A DNA stretch of 64,000 nt, from assembly GCA_965116025.1 (NCBI GenBank), contig OZ220480.1, forward strand, positions 1,632,001-1,696,000, read 5' to 3'. Position 1 is the stretch's first letter, and every line of letters begins with the position of its first letter. The notes beneath the pieces are model-generated. The model worked only from the letters and a program-made list of their open reading frames with translations, was not told where the DNA came from and ran no database searches. Source of the stretch: an uncultured candidatus Porisulfidus sp. GTDB lineage: Bacteria > Pseudomonadota > Gammaproteobacteria > Poriferisulfidales > Poriferisulfidaceae. Below are positions 40,354-54,945 of this stretch, piece after piece. The position numbers and the translations under genes were made by a program.

Positions 40354-41535
40354 GTGACTGAAGAGTTTCAGCGCGTCTCGCGCCTGCCCCCGTACGTTTT
40401 CAGCATCGTCAGCGACTTGCGGTCCAAAGCGAGGCGAGAGGGCAGGGATGTCATCGACTTCGGCATGGGCAATCCCGATCAGCCCACGCCCTCGCATATC
40501 GTGGAGAAACTCCGCGAGACCGTCACGCGCGGCGACACGCACCGTTACTCCACCTCGCGCGGCATTCCGCGCTTGCGGCAGGCCATCGCGAACTGGTATC
40601 GCCGCAAATTCGACGTGGAGATCGATCCAGAATCGGAAGCCATCGTGACGATCGGCTCGAAAGAGGGTCTCGCGCATCTGGCTTTGGCCGTCCTGTCTCC
40701 GGGAGACATGGTGGTCGTTCCGAATCCCGCCTATCCGATCCATCCTTACAGCTGCGTGATCGCGGGTGCCGAGCTCAACTATATTCCCATGGACGACGAG
40801 GAGGAGTTTCTGCATTCCCTGCGGCAGACCATAGAGAACTGCTGGCCGCGTCCCAGGATGCTGTTGCTCAATTTTCCCTGCAATCCGACCGGACACTGCG
40901 TCGGGTTGGATTTTTACGCCAAGGTGGTCGAGATAGCGCGCGAGCACAAGATGTGGGTGGTGCAGGATATCGCCTATGCGGAGCTGGCGTTCGACGGGTG
41001 CGAGATTTCGTCCATCCTGCAGGTGAAAAAGGCCAAGGACTTGGCCGTAGAGTTCTATACCTTGTCGAAATCCTACAACATGCCCGGATGGAGGGTTGGC
41101 TTCATGTGCGGGAATCCTAGGCTGGTCAGCGCGCTTTCGCGTATCAAATCCTATGTGGATTACGGGTTGTTCACGCCGATCCAGGTGGCGGCCATCGCCG
41201 CGCTGGAGGGTCCGCAAGACTGCGTCAGGGAAATCTGCCAGACCTACCGAGAACGCAGGGACGTGCTGTGTGATGGGCTTAATTCCATGGGGTGGCCGGT
41301 GGAGAAGCCTCCCGCCACCATGTTCGTGTGGGCGCCGCTCCCGGATGCCTACGCGGATCTGGGTTCGCTCGAGTTCAGCAAACAGCTCTTGAAGCGGGCC
41401 GGAGTGGCCGTGTCGCCAGGGATCGGGTTCGGGCAGAACGGAAATGGACACGTGCGCTTCAGTCTTATAGAGAACGCGCAGCGCACGCGCCAGGCGTTGC
41501 GGAACATCAAATCCATGATGCGGGAGGCCCTATGA
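40354..41535 (+). CDS. alaC: Alanine transaminase (class I PLP aminotransferase)
   Basis: RLPPYVF, DFGMGNPD, GSKEGLAHL, SKSYNMPGWRVG and SYVDYGLFTPIQ motifs. Confidence 0.93.
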   Translation: MTEEFQRVSRLPPYVFSIVSDLRSKARREGRDVIDFGMGNPDQPTPSHIVEKLRETVTRGDTHRYSTSRGIPRLRQAIANWYRRKFDVEIDPESEAIVTIGSKEGLAHLALAVLSPGDMVVVPNPAYPIHPYSCVIAGAELNYIPMDDEEEFLHSLRQTIENCWPRPRMLLLNFPCNPTGHCVGLDFYAKVVEIAREHKMWVVQDIAYAELAFDGCEISSILQVKKAKDLAVEFYTLSKSYNMPGWRVGFMCGNPRLVSALSRIKSYVDYGLFTPIQVAAIAALEGPQDCVREICQTYRERRDVLCDGLNSMGWPVEKPPATMFVWAPLPDAYADLGSLEFSKQLLKRAGVAVSPGIGFGQNGNGHVRFSLIENAQRTRQALRNIKSMMREAL

Positions 41536-42854
41536 GTGGAAACGAGATCCGGGTCGGATTGCTGGGGCTGGGTTGCGTGGGTTGCGGAGTCATTCGCGCG
41601 TTGGCGCGTAGCCAGGAAGAGATCGAACGAAGGGCAGGGCGTCGCCTGAGGATCGTCGCGGCTTGCGCCAGAGATCTGGACAAGGAGCGGGGCTGCGACC
41701 TTGAGGGGATTCAACTGACGCGGGATTCCCGACAGGTGGTGGATCATCCAGACGTGGATGTGGTGATCGAGTTGATGGGCGGCATCGCTCCCGCTCGGGA
41801 GTTGATTCTCCGCGCCATCGATCAGGGCAGGCCGGTCATCACCGCGAACAAGCACTTGATCGCCCTGCACGGGAGCGAGATTTTCTCGCGAGCGGAGCGG
41901 AAAGGCGTCAACGTGGCGTTCGAGGCGGCCGTGGCCGGTAGCATCCCGATCATCAAGAATATCCGGGAGAGCCTAAGCGGAAATCGGATCGAATGGGTCG
42001 CCGGCATCATCAACGGCACGGGCAACTACATCCTGACCGCGATGGAGAGCGACGAGCGCCCATTCGAGGATATCCTCGCTGAGGCCCAGCGGCTCGGCTA
42101 CGCGGAAGCGGACCCGGCGTTCGATGTCGACGGCACGGACACCGCGCATAAACTAACGATCCTTGCCTCTATCGCGTTCGGCATCCCCTTGTCGTACAGT
42201 CAGGTGCACGTCGAGGGAATTTCCGGCATCACGCCGGAGAATATCGAGGACGCTCGTTCGCTCGGCTACAGGATCAAGCATTTGGGCATCGCTAAGAGAA
42301 TGGAGGAAGGGATTGAGCTACGGGTCCATCCCACCCTGATTCCAAGCTCGCGCCTGATCGCGAACGTCGATGGCGTTATGAACGCGGTGGCGGTGATGTC
42401 CGACGCGGCCGGAGCGCATCTGCATTACGGCGCTGGAGCGGGCGGGGACGCGACCGCTTCGGCGGTCGTCGCGGACTTGGTGGATGTCGTGCGCACGCTG
42501 ACTACCGACGCGGAGAATCGGGTGCCGCATCTGGCTTATCAACCCCACGCGCTGAGCGACATGCCTATCCTGCCGATTCAGCGAGTCGCGACGGCCTGCT
42601 ATCTGAGATTGCGGGCGATTGACCGTCCCGGTGTATTAGCCGCGGTCACCGAGATACTCGGCCAGCTTGAGATCAGCATCGAGGCGATTCAGCAACGCGA
42701 ACCCGAGCGCCAAAGCGCGGATGGCGGCGTTCCCGTGATCTTGCTGACCCATGAAGTTCCAGAAGAGCGTATGGATCAAGCCTTGGAGCGGATCGAGGCG
42801 TTAGAGGACATCGTGGCGCCAGTGCAGAGAATAAGAATTGAATCAATGAATTAG
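41532..42854 (+). CDS. hom: Homoserine dehydrogenase with C-terminal ACT domain
   Basis: GLLGLGCVG, TANK, FEAAVAG, GIINGT, GYAEADP and DRPGVLA motifs. Confidence 0.96.
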   Translation: MSGNEIRVGLLGLGCVGCGVIRALARSQEEIERRAGRRLRIVAACARDLDKERGCDLEGIQLTRDSRQVVDHPDVDVVIELMGGIAPARELILRAIDQGRPVITANKHLIALHGSEIFSRAERKGVNVAFEAAVAGSIPIIKNIRESLSGNRIEWVAGIINGTGNYILTAMESDERPFEDILAEAQRLGYAEADPAFDVDGTDTAHKLTILASIAFGIPLSYSQVHVEGISGITPENIEDARSLGYRIKHLGIAKRMEEGIELRVHPTLIPSSRLIANVDGVMNAVAVMSDAAGAHLHYGAGAGGDATASAVVADLVDVVRTLTTDAENRVPHLAYQPHALSDMPILPIQRVATACYLRLRAIDRPGVLAAVTEILGQLEISIEAIQQREPERQSADGGVPVILLTHEVPEERMDQALERIEALEDIVAPVQRIRIESMN

Positions 42855-42873
42855 CCGAGAAACCTGCTAGAAC

Positions 42874-44004
42874 ATGAAAATGCGACGCTATGCCGGATTA
42901 ATCGACCGTTATCGGGACTGTCTGCCCATCGCTCCAGACACGCCCGCCGTGACCTTGTGCGAGGGCGACACGCCTCTTGTCGAGTTGAAGCGGCTTCCCA
43001 GGGAATGGGGGACGGACTGCAGGGTGCTGGCTAAATTCGAGGGATTGAACCCGACCGGATCGTTCAAGGATCGGGGAATGACGGTGGCGGTGACCCGGGC
43101 CTCGGAAGAAGGCAGTCGCGCCATCATCTGCGCGTCCACAGGCAATACCTCGGCTTCCGCGGCGGCGTACGCGACCCGCGCCAACATGGAGTGCTTCGTG
43201 CTGATCCCGGAAGGGAACGTCGCGCTCGGCAAGCTCGCGCAGGCGATCATGCACGGCGCCACAATTCTCCAGATCAAGGGAAATTTCGATGACGGCATGC
43301 GTCTGGTGCGGGAAGTTGGCGAGGAGATGCCGGTCTCCATCGTCAACTCCATCAATCCTTATCGCTTGCAAGGGCAGAAGACCATCGCCTACGAGGTCGC
43401 GGAGGCGTTGGGGGCCGCGCCCGACTATCACGCTCTTCCGGTCGGAAACGCCGGAAATATCAGCGCGCATTGGATCGGATACAGTGAACTGGCGGGAATG
43501 GAGTCGGACGTGATGAGCGCATGCGAAGCTTCCTTGGCCTCGCGTCCTTCTGGCACGGCGAAGCGGATCGGTGAGCGTCCCATCATGATCGGATATCAAG
43601 CCTCGGGCAGCGCTCCGTTTTTGCGCGGCGAGTGGGTGAAGAAACCTGAGACCCGGGCGACGGCGATTCGGATTGGTCACCCGCAAAGTTGGGAGTATGC
43701 CTGGACGGTGCAGCGCGAGTCTGGCGGTTGGTTCGACGAGTGCGCCGACGAGGAGATTCTGGATATGCAACGGCGACTGGCAGGCCTTGAAGGCGTTTTC
43801 TGCGAGCCGGCCTCGGCGGTGTCGGTTGCTGGCGTCATGCGCGACATTCGATCAGGAAAGATCAAGAACGGTAGCGTCGTGGTCTGTACCCTGACGGGGC
43901 ATGGGCTGAAAGACCCGAGCGTGGTCGAGGATGTGAAACTGGAGAGCGTGGAGCCTTCCTTAGCGAACATCAAGGACGCGATCAGAAAGAAACTGGGTGC
44001 CTGA
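42874..44004 (+). CDS. thrC: Threonine synthase
   Basis: EGLNPTGSFKDRG, CASTGNTSAS, PVGNAGNI and TLTGHGLKD motifs. Confidence 0.96.
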   Translation: MKMRRYAGLIDRYRDCLPIAPDTPAVTLCEGDTPLVELKRLPREWGTDCRVLAKFEGLNPTGSFKDRGMTVAVTRASEEGSRAIICASTGNTSASAAAYATRANMECFVLIPEGNVALGKLAQAIMHGATILQIKGNFDDGMRLVREVGEEMPVSIVNSINPYRLQGQKTIAYEVAEALGAAPDYHALPVGNAGNISAHWIGYSELAGMESDVMSACEASLASRPSGTAKRIGERPIMIGYQASGSAPFLRGEWVKKPETRATAIRIGHPQSWEYAWTVQRESGGWFDECADEEILDMQRRLAGLEGVFCEPASAVSVAGVMRDIRSGKIKNGSVVVCTLTGHGLKDPSVVEDVKLESVEPSLANIKDAIRKKLGA

Positions 44005-44033
44005 GCGCGACCGCAGTCGCTCGCTGCAGGGTG

Positions 44034-44885
44034 TCAGGCGTTCGGCTTGACGATGCCTAATCGAGTGAAAGGAATTAGGCGGGGAGTCGTCGATGGGTAA
44101 TCTCGATACGAGGGATAGCATGATAGGGAGATGGCTTCGGTCAGTCGTGTCGAGCCAAAGAAGATTCCAGTCAGCGCGAGCGCGCCCGCAACGCTCCAAT
44201 TAAGAAGGGCATCGGTCGCGGCGATGGCGAACAGATAGAACGTCCACCACATGCCAAGCTCGCAAAAGAAATTCGGGTGCCTGGAAAATCGAAACAATCC
44301 CGTGGTGAGGAATGGAGCGTCGATCAGAGAGCCTTGCGCTTGCCGCGCCTTTTTCGCTTGCTGGAAACTCCACATCTGCTGGTCTGCTATGGCTTCTCCT
44401 ACCCAGAACGTGAGGAATAGGACCGTGGCCAGCATGTCCAGCCAGTTCAGCGGGGCCTCCAGAGCGGTCCATGCGTGGTGCGCGGGTGAGGTGAACAGCC
44501 AGATGATGAGCAGTTGTCCCAGCGCGATGAAAGCGAGATTGAATACCTGAAACCAGAAAGGCCCCATTCGCTTTCGCAGATGCTCCCACCGGTAGTCCTC
44601 CCCTCCATAGGGCCGATAGCCTCCTTTTCTCGCGTAGTTGAACGTCAGGCGAATCGCCCAGAGGCAGACCAAGAACGTCATCAGGTTCAGGCGAGAAGAG
44701 GAGAAATCCACGCTGGACGCGACCTGCAGGCAAAAAATCGCGGGGGCTATCGACCATGCCCGATCCACCCATGAGTAATCTCGGGATGTTATCGACAATA
44801 TCCAGCATGCGGCTGCCAAGATGATGGCGAGATCAAGGGCGGCCCCGAAGGGTGCGCCTATCAGTGGGTGAGGGATGAGATTCAC
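44034..44885 (-). CDS. DUF1295 / steroid 5-alpha-reductase-like membrane protein
   Basis: SWVDRAWS, EDYRW, EAIADQQMW and GLFRFSRHPNFFCE motifs. Confidence 0.85.
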   Translation of the reverse strand: MNLIPHPLIGAPFGAALDLAIILAAACWILSITSRDYSWVDRAWSIAPAIFCLQVASSVDFSSSRLNLMTFLVCLWAIRLTFNYARKGGYRPYGGEDYRWEHLRKRMGPFWFQVFNLAFIALGQLLIIWLFTSPAHHAWTALEAPLNWLDMLATVLFLTFWVGEAIADQQMWSFQQAKKARQAQGSLIDAPFLTTGLFRFSRHPNFFCELGMWWTFYLFAIAATDALLNWSVAGALALTGIFFGSTRLTEAISLSCYPSYRDYPSTTPRLIPFTRLGIVKPNA

Positions 44886-44906
44886 GGTGATATGCCTGTG
44901 TCGTAT

Positions 44907-45029
44907 TTATGCTGTCGCCCATGGGTCAACGACCTCAATATCAATGTTCTCGAAGTCCCGAATATTTCGGGTCGCGACGGCCATATTCTGAAGCTCGGAC
45001 ACCACATTCGTATCCAATAGAAAAGGCAT
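44907..45029 (-). pseudogene. VapC/FitB PIN toxin with a large in-frame internal deletion (40 aa remain)
   Basis: MPFLLDTNVVSEL (PIN N-terminus) joined almost directly to MAVATRNIRDFE...VVDPW (PIN C-terminus); lies downstream of a fitA-like gene. Confidence 0.85.
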
Positions 45030-45039
45030 AATTGCCTTT

Positions 45040-45285
45040 TCAGTCGAAAGTTGGCGGCTCACGTGCGGTTTCGCGCGGAGGCAGTTCCAATTCCACTCCA
45101 CCGAGAGGTTCGATACGGGCGCGAATAGCACTCACGAGGTTTTTGGGAGTGGGTCTGCGGTGCTCAATAGCATCGCGCAGGATCAGCCGCGCTTCCTCTG
45201 CTATGGACCGTCCGTTGTTCGCCGCACGCATCTTTAGGCCGATCTTAACGTCATCCTCAAGATTGCGAATCATAATGCTGGCCAT
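45040..45285 (-). CDS. FitA-like RHH antitoxin (plasmid stability family)
   Basis: MASIMIRNLEDDVKIGLKMRAANNGRSIAEEARLILR...GGVELELPPRE. Confidence 0.88.
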   Translation of the reverse strand: MASIMIRNLEDDVKIGLKMRAANNGRSIAEEARLILRDAIEHRRPTPKNLVSAIRARIEPLGGVELELPPRETAREPPTFD

Positions 45286-45339
45286 GCGTTGGACTCCATT
45301 TGTGCTGGATCAATTCTACACGCGATTACTTCGCATGGT

Positions 45340-45357
45340 GCAGATCTGAGGATCTGC
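45340..45357. promoter_or_regulatory. Inverted repeat upstream of the fitA-like gene; candidate autoregulatory operator
   Basis: GCAGATC-TGAG-GATCTGC, a perfect 7-4-7 palindrome ~55 nt upstream of the start. Confidence 0.35.
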
Positions 45358-45573
45358 CTGATCGCATATCCTGACTTCGGTCGCTACGCGACGGTCAGAT
45401 CAAATGCTGTTGCTTTAAGCCGTAGAGCTTCTCGCGGTATGTCGCAGGGTCAGCCGTATGGAACTTTCCAGTGCCTGACGAGTTGGTGACATCGACATGT
45501 TTTTCCACATTTCCATGATTTTGGACGAGGCATGAGAGGCACGCTGAATAGCCGACTCAGAGTCAGGCGCCAA

Positions 45574-46944
45574 TCAGATCCGATGGGCCAAATTAGCGGC
45601 GATGCCTACATAATCACGCGGTTCCATATTCGCCAAACGTCGCTTAACTATGTCCGGCAAATCCAGTCCCGCGATGAATTCGGAAAGGCTCTCGTGGGTG
45701 ATCGTCCTACCTCGGGTGAACGCTTTCAATTGCTCATAGGGATCTGGCAAACCGTATCGTTTCATTACGGTCTGGATGGCTTCCGCGAGCACTTCAGGGC
45801 ATGCTCTCAAGTCGCTTTCCAGTCGTCGCTCGTCGATGTCCAGTTTCCCGAGGCCGCGTTCCAGCGCGGAATACGCGTTGACGCAACACGCCAGACTCGC
45901 CCCCATATTCCGCAAGACGGTGGAATCGCTCAGGTCGCGTTGCAGACGCGAGATCGGCAGCTTGTTCGCGTAGTAGCTCAATTCCGCGCAGGCCAGACCC
46001 AAGTTGCCCTCCGCGTTCTCGAAATCGATTGGATTGACCTTGTGTGGCATGGTGGAGGAGCCGACCTCGCCAGTCTTCATCTTCTGCTGGAAATAGCCTA
46101 GGGAAATGTACTGCCAGACATCCCGTGCGAAATCGGTCAGTATATTGTTGACGCGGATCAGAATATGGAAGAATTCGGCGAATTGGTCGTAGGGCTCGAT
46201 CTGGGTCGTGTAGGGATTGGCGTCCAGTCCAAGCGAACTCAGTGCCCCGTTCGAGAGATCTACCCAATCGACTTCTGGATAGGCTACCATATGTGCATTG
46301 TAATTGCCGACGGCTCCGTTCATCTTGCCCAGAAAGCGCATGCTTTCCAGCGTATCCAGCTGGCGGCGGAGGCGGGCGACCGTCACCGCGAGCTCCTTGC
46401 CCACAGTGGTTGGCGAGGCGGGCTGGCCATGCGTGCGCGACAGCATCGGGATGTTGGCGTATTCGTGCGCCATGTCTCGAATTTTGCGCTCTAGATTCCG
46501 CAGCGTGGGCGACACGACCTCCGTTCGCGCGCGGTCGAGCGTCATGGCGTAGGCCGGGTGGTTGATATCCCAGGATGTGCACGCGAAATGCGCGAATCTT
46601 TCCAGCGCCGCCAATTCCTCGTCTTCCCTCAACCGTTCGCGCAGGAAGTACTCAAGGGCCTTGACATCGTGGTTGGTCTTCTCCTCGATGCTCTTGACTT
46701 GGCGGGCCTGCTCTGGAGAGAACTCCTCGACCAGAAAACGCAGGCGCTTTCGGGCCCCGCCGGATAGTTCCGCCACCTCAGAAATGTTTGGATGATTGGA
46801 CAGGGCGATCAGCCACGCGACCTCTACCTCAAGGCGATGGTGGATGATCCCAAACTCAGAGAACAGCCGACGTAGCCGGGCATTCGTGCTCTTGTAGTAA
46901 CGCCCGTCAACCGGCGATAGGGCGGTCAAGGGCGAGAGTTCCAA
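45574..46944 (-). CDS. purB: Adenylosuccinate lyase
   Basis: LSPVDGRY, TNHDVKA, RTHGQPA and GSSTMPHKVNPIDFEN motifs. Confidence 0.97.
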   Translation of the reverse strand: MELSPLTALSPVDGRYYKSTNARLRRLFSEFGIIHHRLEVEVAWLIALSNHPNISEVAELSGGARKRLRFLVEEFSPEQARQVKSIEEKTNHDVKALEYFLRERLREDEELAALERFAHFACTSWDINHPAYAMTLDRARTEVVSPTLRNLERKIRDMAHEYANIPMLSRTHGQPASPTTVGKELAVTVARLRRQLDTLESMRFLGKMNGAVGNYNAHMVAYPEVDWVDLSNGALSSLGLDANPYTTQIEPYDQFAEFFHILIRVNNILTDFARDVWQYISLGYFQQKMKTGEVGSSTMPHKVNPIDFENAEGNLGLACAELSYYANKLPISRLQRDLSDSTVLRNMGASLACCVNAYSALERGLGKLDIDERRLESDLRACPEVLAEAIQTVMKRYGLPDPYEQLKAFTRGRTITHESLSEFIAGLDLPDIVKRRLANMEPRDYVGIAANLAHRI

Positions 46945-47016
46945 CCGTTCTACTCTTGCGGATAATTTCCGAAATTCATTATACTGCCCGTCTCAATCAC
47001 CCGCTCTTTCGACACA

Positions 47017-48387
47017 ATGACCGCATACCGCACGGAAAAAGACAGTATGGGAGAAATCCAAGTTCCCCGGGACGCGCTCTATGGCGCGCAAACGCAACGC
47101 GCCGTGGAGAATTTTCCGGTCAGCGGTCTGGGAATGCCTCGCGCTTTCCTTTACGCCTTGGGGCTGGTCAAGCGCGCGTGCGCGGAAGCGAACGCGGGTC
47201 TGGGCCTTCTGGAGCGAGAGAAGGCCGACGCGATCGCCGCCGCCGCCGGGGAGGTGGTGAGCGGGCGGCATGACGCGGAATTCCCGGTCGACGTGTTCCA
47301 GACCGGCTCCGGGACCAGCACGAACATGAACGCGAACGAGGTGATCGCGCGGTTGGCGGGAAAAGGCGTGCATCCTAATGACCACGTCAACATGAGCCAA
47401 AGCTCCAATGACGTGATTCCCACCGTTCTGCATGTCGGCGCCGCTTTGGCGCTTCACGAGCGGTTGCTACCCGCGCTACGCCATTTGCGGAAGATGGCGG
47501 ATGCCAAAGCGTCCGAGCTGGAGCGGCGGATCAAGACGGGCCGCACCCATCTGATGGACGCGATGCCGGTGCGGATGTCGCAGGAAATCGGGGCTTGGGG
47601 CAGCCAAGTCCGCTACGGGATCGAGCGGGTCGAGGCCGTGTTTCCTCGATTGCTGGAGTTGGCCCAGGGCGGCACGGCCGTTGGCAGTGGCGTCAACGCT
47701 CCAGAAGGTTTCGCGGAGGCTTTCGTCAAGGCGCTTGGAGACCGAACCGAGCTTGAGTTTCGGACGAAACCAGACAAATTCGAGGGGTTGGCGGCCCAGG
47801 ACACCGCCGTCGAGCTGAGCGGGCAACTGCGCGTGGTCGCCGTCAGTCTTATGAAAATCGCCAACGATCTGCGCTGGATGAATTCCGGCCCTCTAGCGGG
47901 ACTCGGCGAGATCGCTTTGCCAGCGCTGCAGCCAGGAAGTAGCATCATGCCGGGCAAGGTCAATCCGGTGATCCCCGAGTCCACGGCGATGGTCGCCGCT
48001 CAGGTCATGGGCAACGACGCGACTATCGCGGTGGCGGGGCAATCCGGTAACTTCCAACTGAACGTCATGCTTCCGGTGATCGCCTACAATCTTCTACAAA
48101 GCATCGAGCTGCTCGCCAATTCCTCTAGACTCCTGGCGGACCGCGCGATCAAGGGCTTCCGCGTCAATGAGGAGAGGCTCAAGGATTCGCTTGATCGAAA
48201 CCCGATCCTTGTTACTGCGCTCAATACCGTGATTGGCTACGAGAAGGGAGCGGCGATCGCGAAACGGGCGTACGCGGAGGGGCGCGCCGTCATCGATGTG
48301 GCGCGCGAGATGACCGATTTGTCTGAAGAGGATCTGAAGCGACTTCTAGATCCCGCCGCGCTGACCCGTGGCGGGATCCAGGAATAG
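47017..48387 (+). CDS. fumC: Class II fumarate hydratase
   Basis: FQTGSGTSTNMN, HPNDHVN, GRTHLMDA and GSSIMPGKVNP motifs. Confidence 0.95.
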   Translation: MTAYRTEKDSMGEIQVPRDALYGAQTQRAVENFPVSGLGMPRAFLYALGLVKRACAEANAGLGLLEREKADAIAAAAGEVVSGRHDAEFPVDVFQTGSGTSTNMNANEVIARLAGKGVHPNDHVNMSQSSNDVIPTVLHVGAALALHERLLPALRHLRKMADAKASELERRIKTGRTHLMDAMPVRMSQEIGAWGSQVRYGIERVEAVFPRLLELAQGGTAVGSGVNAPEGFAEAFVKALGDRTELEFRTKPDKFEGLAAQDTAVELSGQLRVVAVSLMKIANDLRWMNSGPLAGLGEIALPALQPGSSIMPGKVNPVIPESTAMVAAQVMGNDATIAVAGQSGNFQLNVMLPVIAYNLLQSIELLANSSRLLADRAIKGFRVNEERLKDSLDRNPILVTALNTVIGYEKGAAIAKRAYAEGRAVIDVAREMTDLSEEDLKRLLDPAALTRGGIQE

Positions 48388-48414
48388 TTGGCGCTCGCCT
48401 TGGACGAGAGTCGG

Positions 48415-51087
<2,673 letters not shown>

Positions 51088-51273
51088 GGTTTGTTGATGG
51101 AGAATTTCATAGAGATTGTGTTCGGACGCTACGGCTGACGTGGATAGCCAACGAGGTCGCGCCGTATTTTCGCATGAAAGCGTTTTCGATGGGGTACAAT
51201 CTGCCGCGCCTGCAGAAAAATAAGAGCGCAGAGACATGACCGAACGAAGGATCTGGACCGGCGTGAGCGAGTG

Positions 51274-54298
<3,025 letters not shown>

Positions 54299-54305
54299 GG
54301 CGTAA

Positions 54306-54818
54306 ATGGCGCGGCTAAAACTGGTGTCGCGGGTAGAGACGACCGCGTCCTCCCCGCGCTACGAGCTACGGGTGTGGTGCTGCGGACCGGCAGATACAGC
54401 CCATGAGGTTTGGCAATTGCCGGCCACGGCCTCGCCGCATGTGACGCGCGCTCTGCGCATCGCCAGATTGCGGGGACGAAATCTGGATTTGGTCAAGCAC
54501 CGGGTGACGCGAAGGCTGTCGCAGGAAGGTATCAGGCTGGGCCAAAAAACGGACGCGATAAAGCGTTGCTATCGCCTGACTGAAGAAGCCGCTCTTATGC
54601 TGGGTTTGCTCTTTCGAACGTTGGCGCCGATGCGTAGTCGCGAGCGCATGTGGGAGGTAACGGAGGGAATCGAAGTGATGGGACGGGAGGAGTCCGCATA
54701 TTGGCTGGGCATGGCCATGCATCGCAGGAATCCACGCCGGGCCCTGAGCGCATTGCGGACACTCCTGACTGAGCCGCAGACGAAGGAGCCCTGCGAAAGC
54801 GTGTCCGCCCGAGCTTGA
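54306..54818 (+). CDS. Small accessory protein of the DUF499 system (occupies the DUF3780 position)
   Basis: 170 aa, with EEAALMLGLLFRTLAPMR and MGREESAYWLGM...ALRTLL; between the DUF499 and DUF1156 genes. Confidence 0.7.
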   Translation: MARLKLVSRVETTASSPRYELRVWCCGPADTAHEVWQLPATASPHVTRALRIARLRGRNLDLVKHRVTRRLSQEGIRLGQKTDAIKRCYRLTEEAALMLGLLFRTLAPMRSRERMWEVTEGIEVMGREESAYWLGMAMHRRNPRRALSALRTLLTEPQTKEPCESVSARA

Positions 54819-54945
54819 AAGTGGGTAAGTCCACATTTTGCGCATATGGTTCTCATAAATCCCAGACACGAATCCATCGGGCAATTTGGAGCGCGTGGAC
54901 GGTCTCACCCATCCGAATATTTTTCCAAGACAAAGATTGGGACGC

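Noticed and set aside
54819-54945. Spacer between the accessory gene and DUF1156 containing a VLINPRH-like frame reminiscent of a RES-domain C-terminus
   Set aside because: Too short to support a call.
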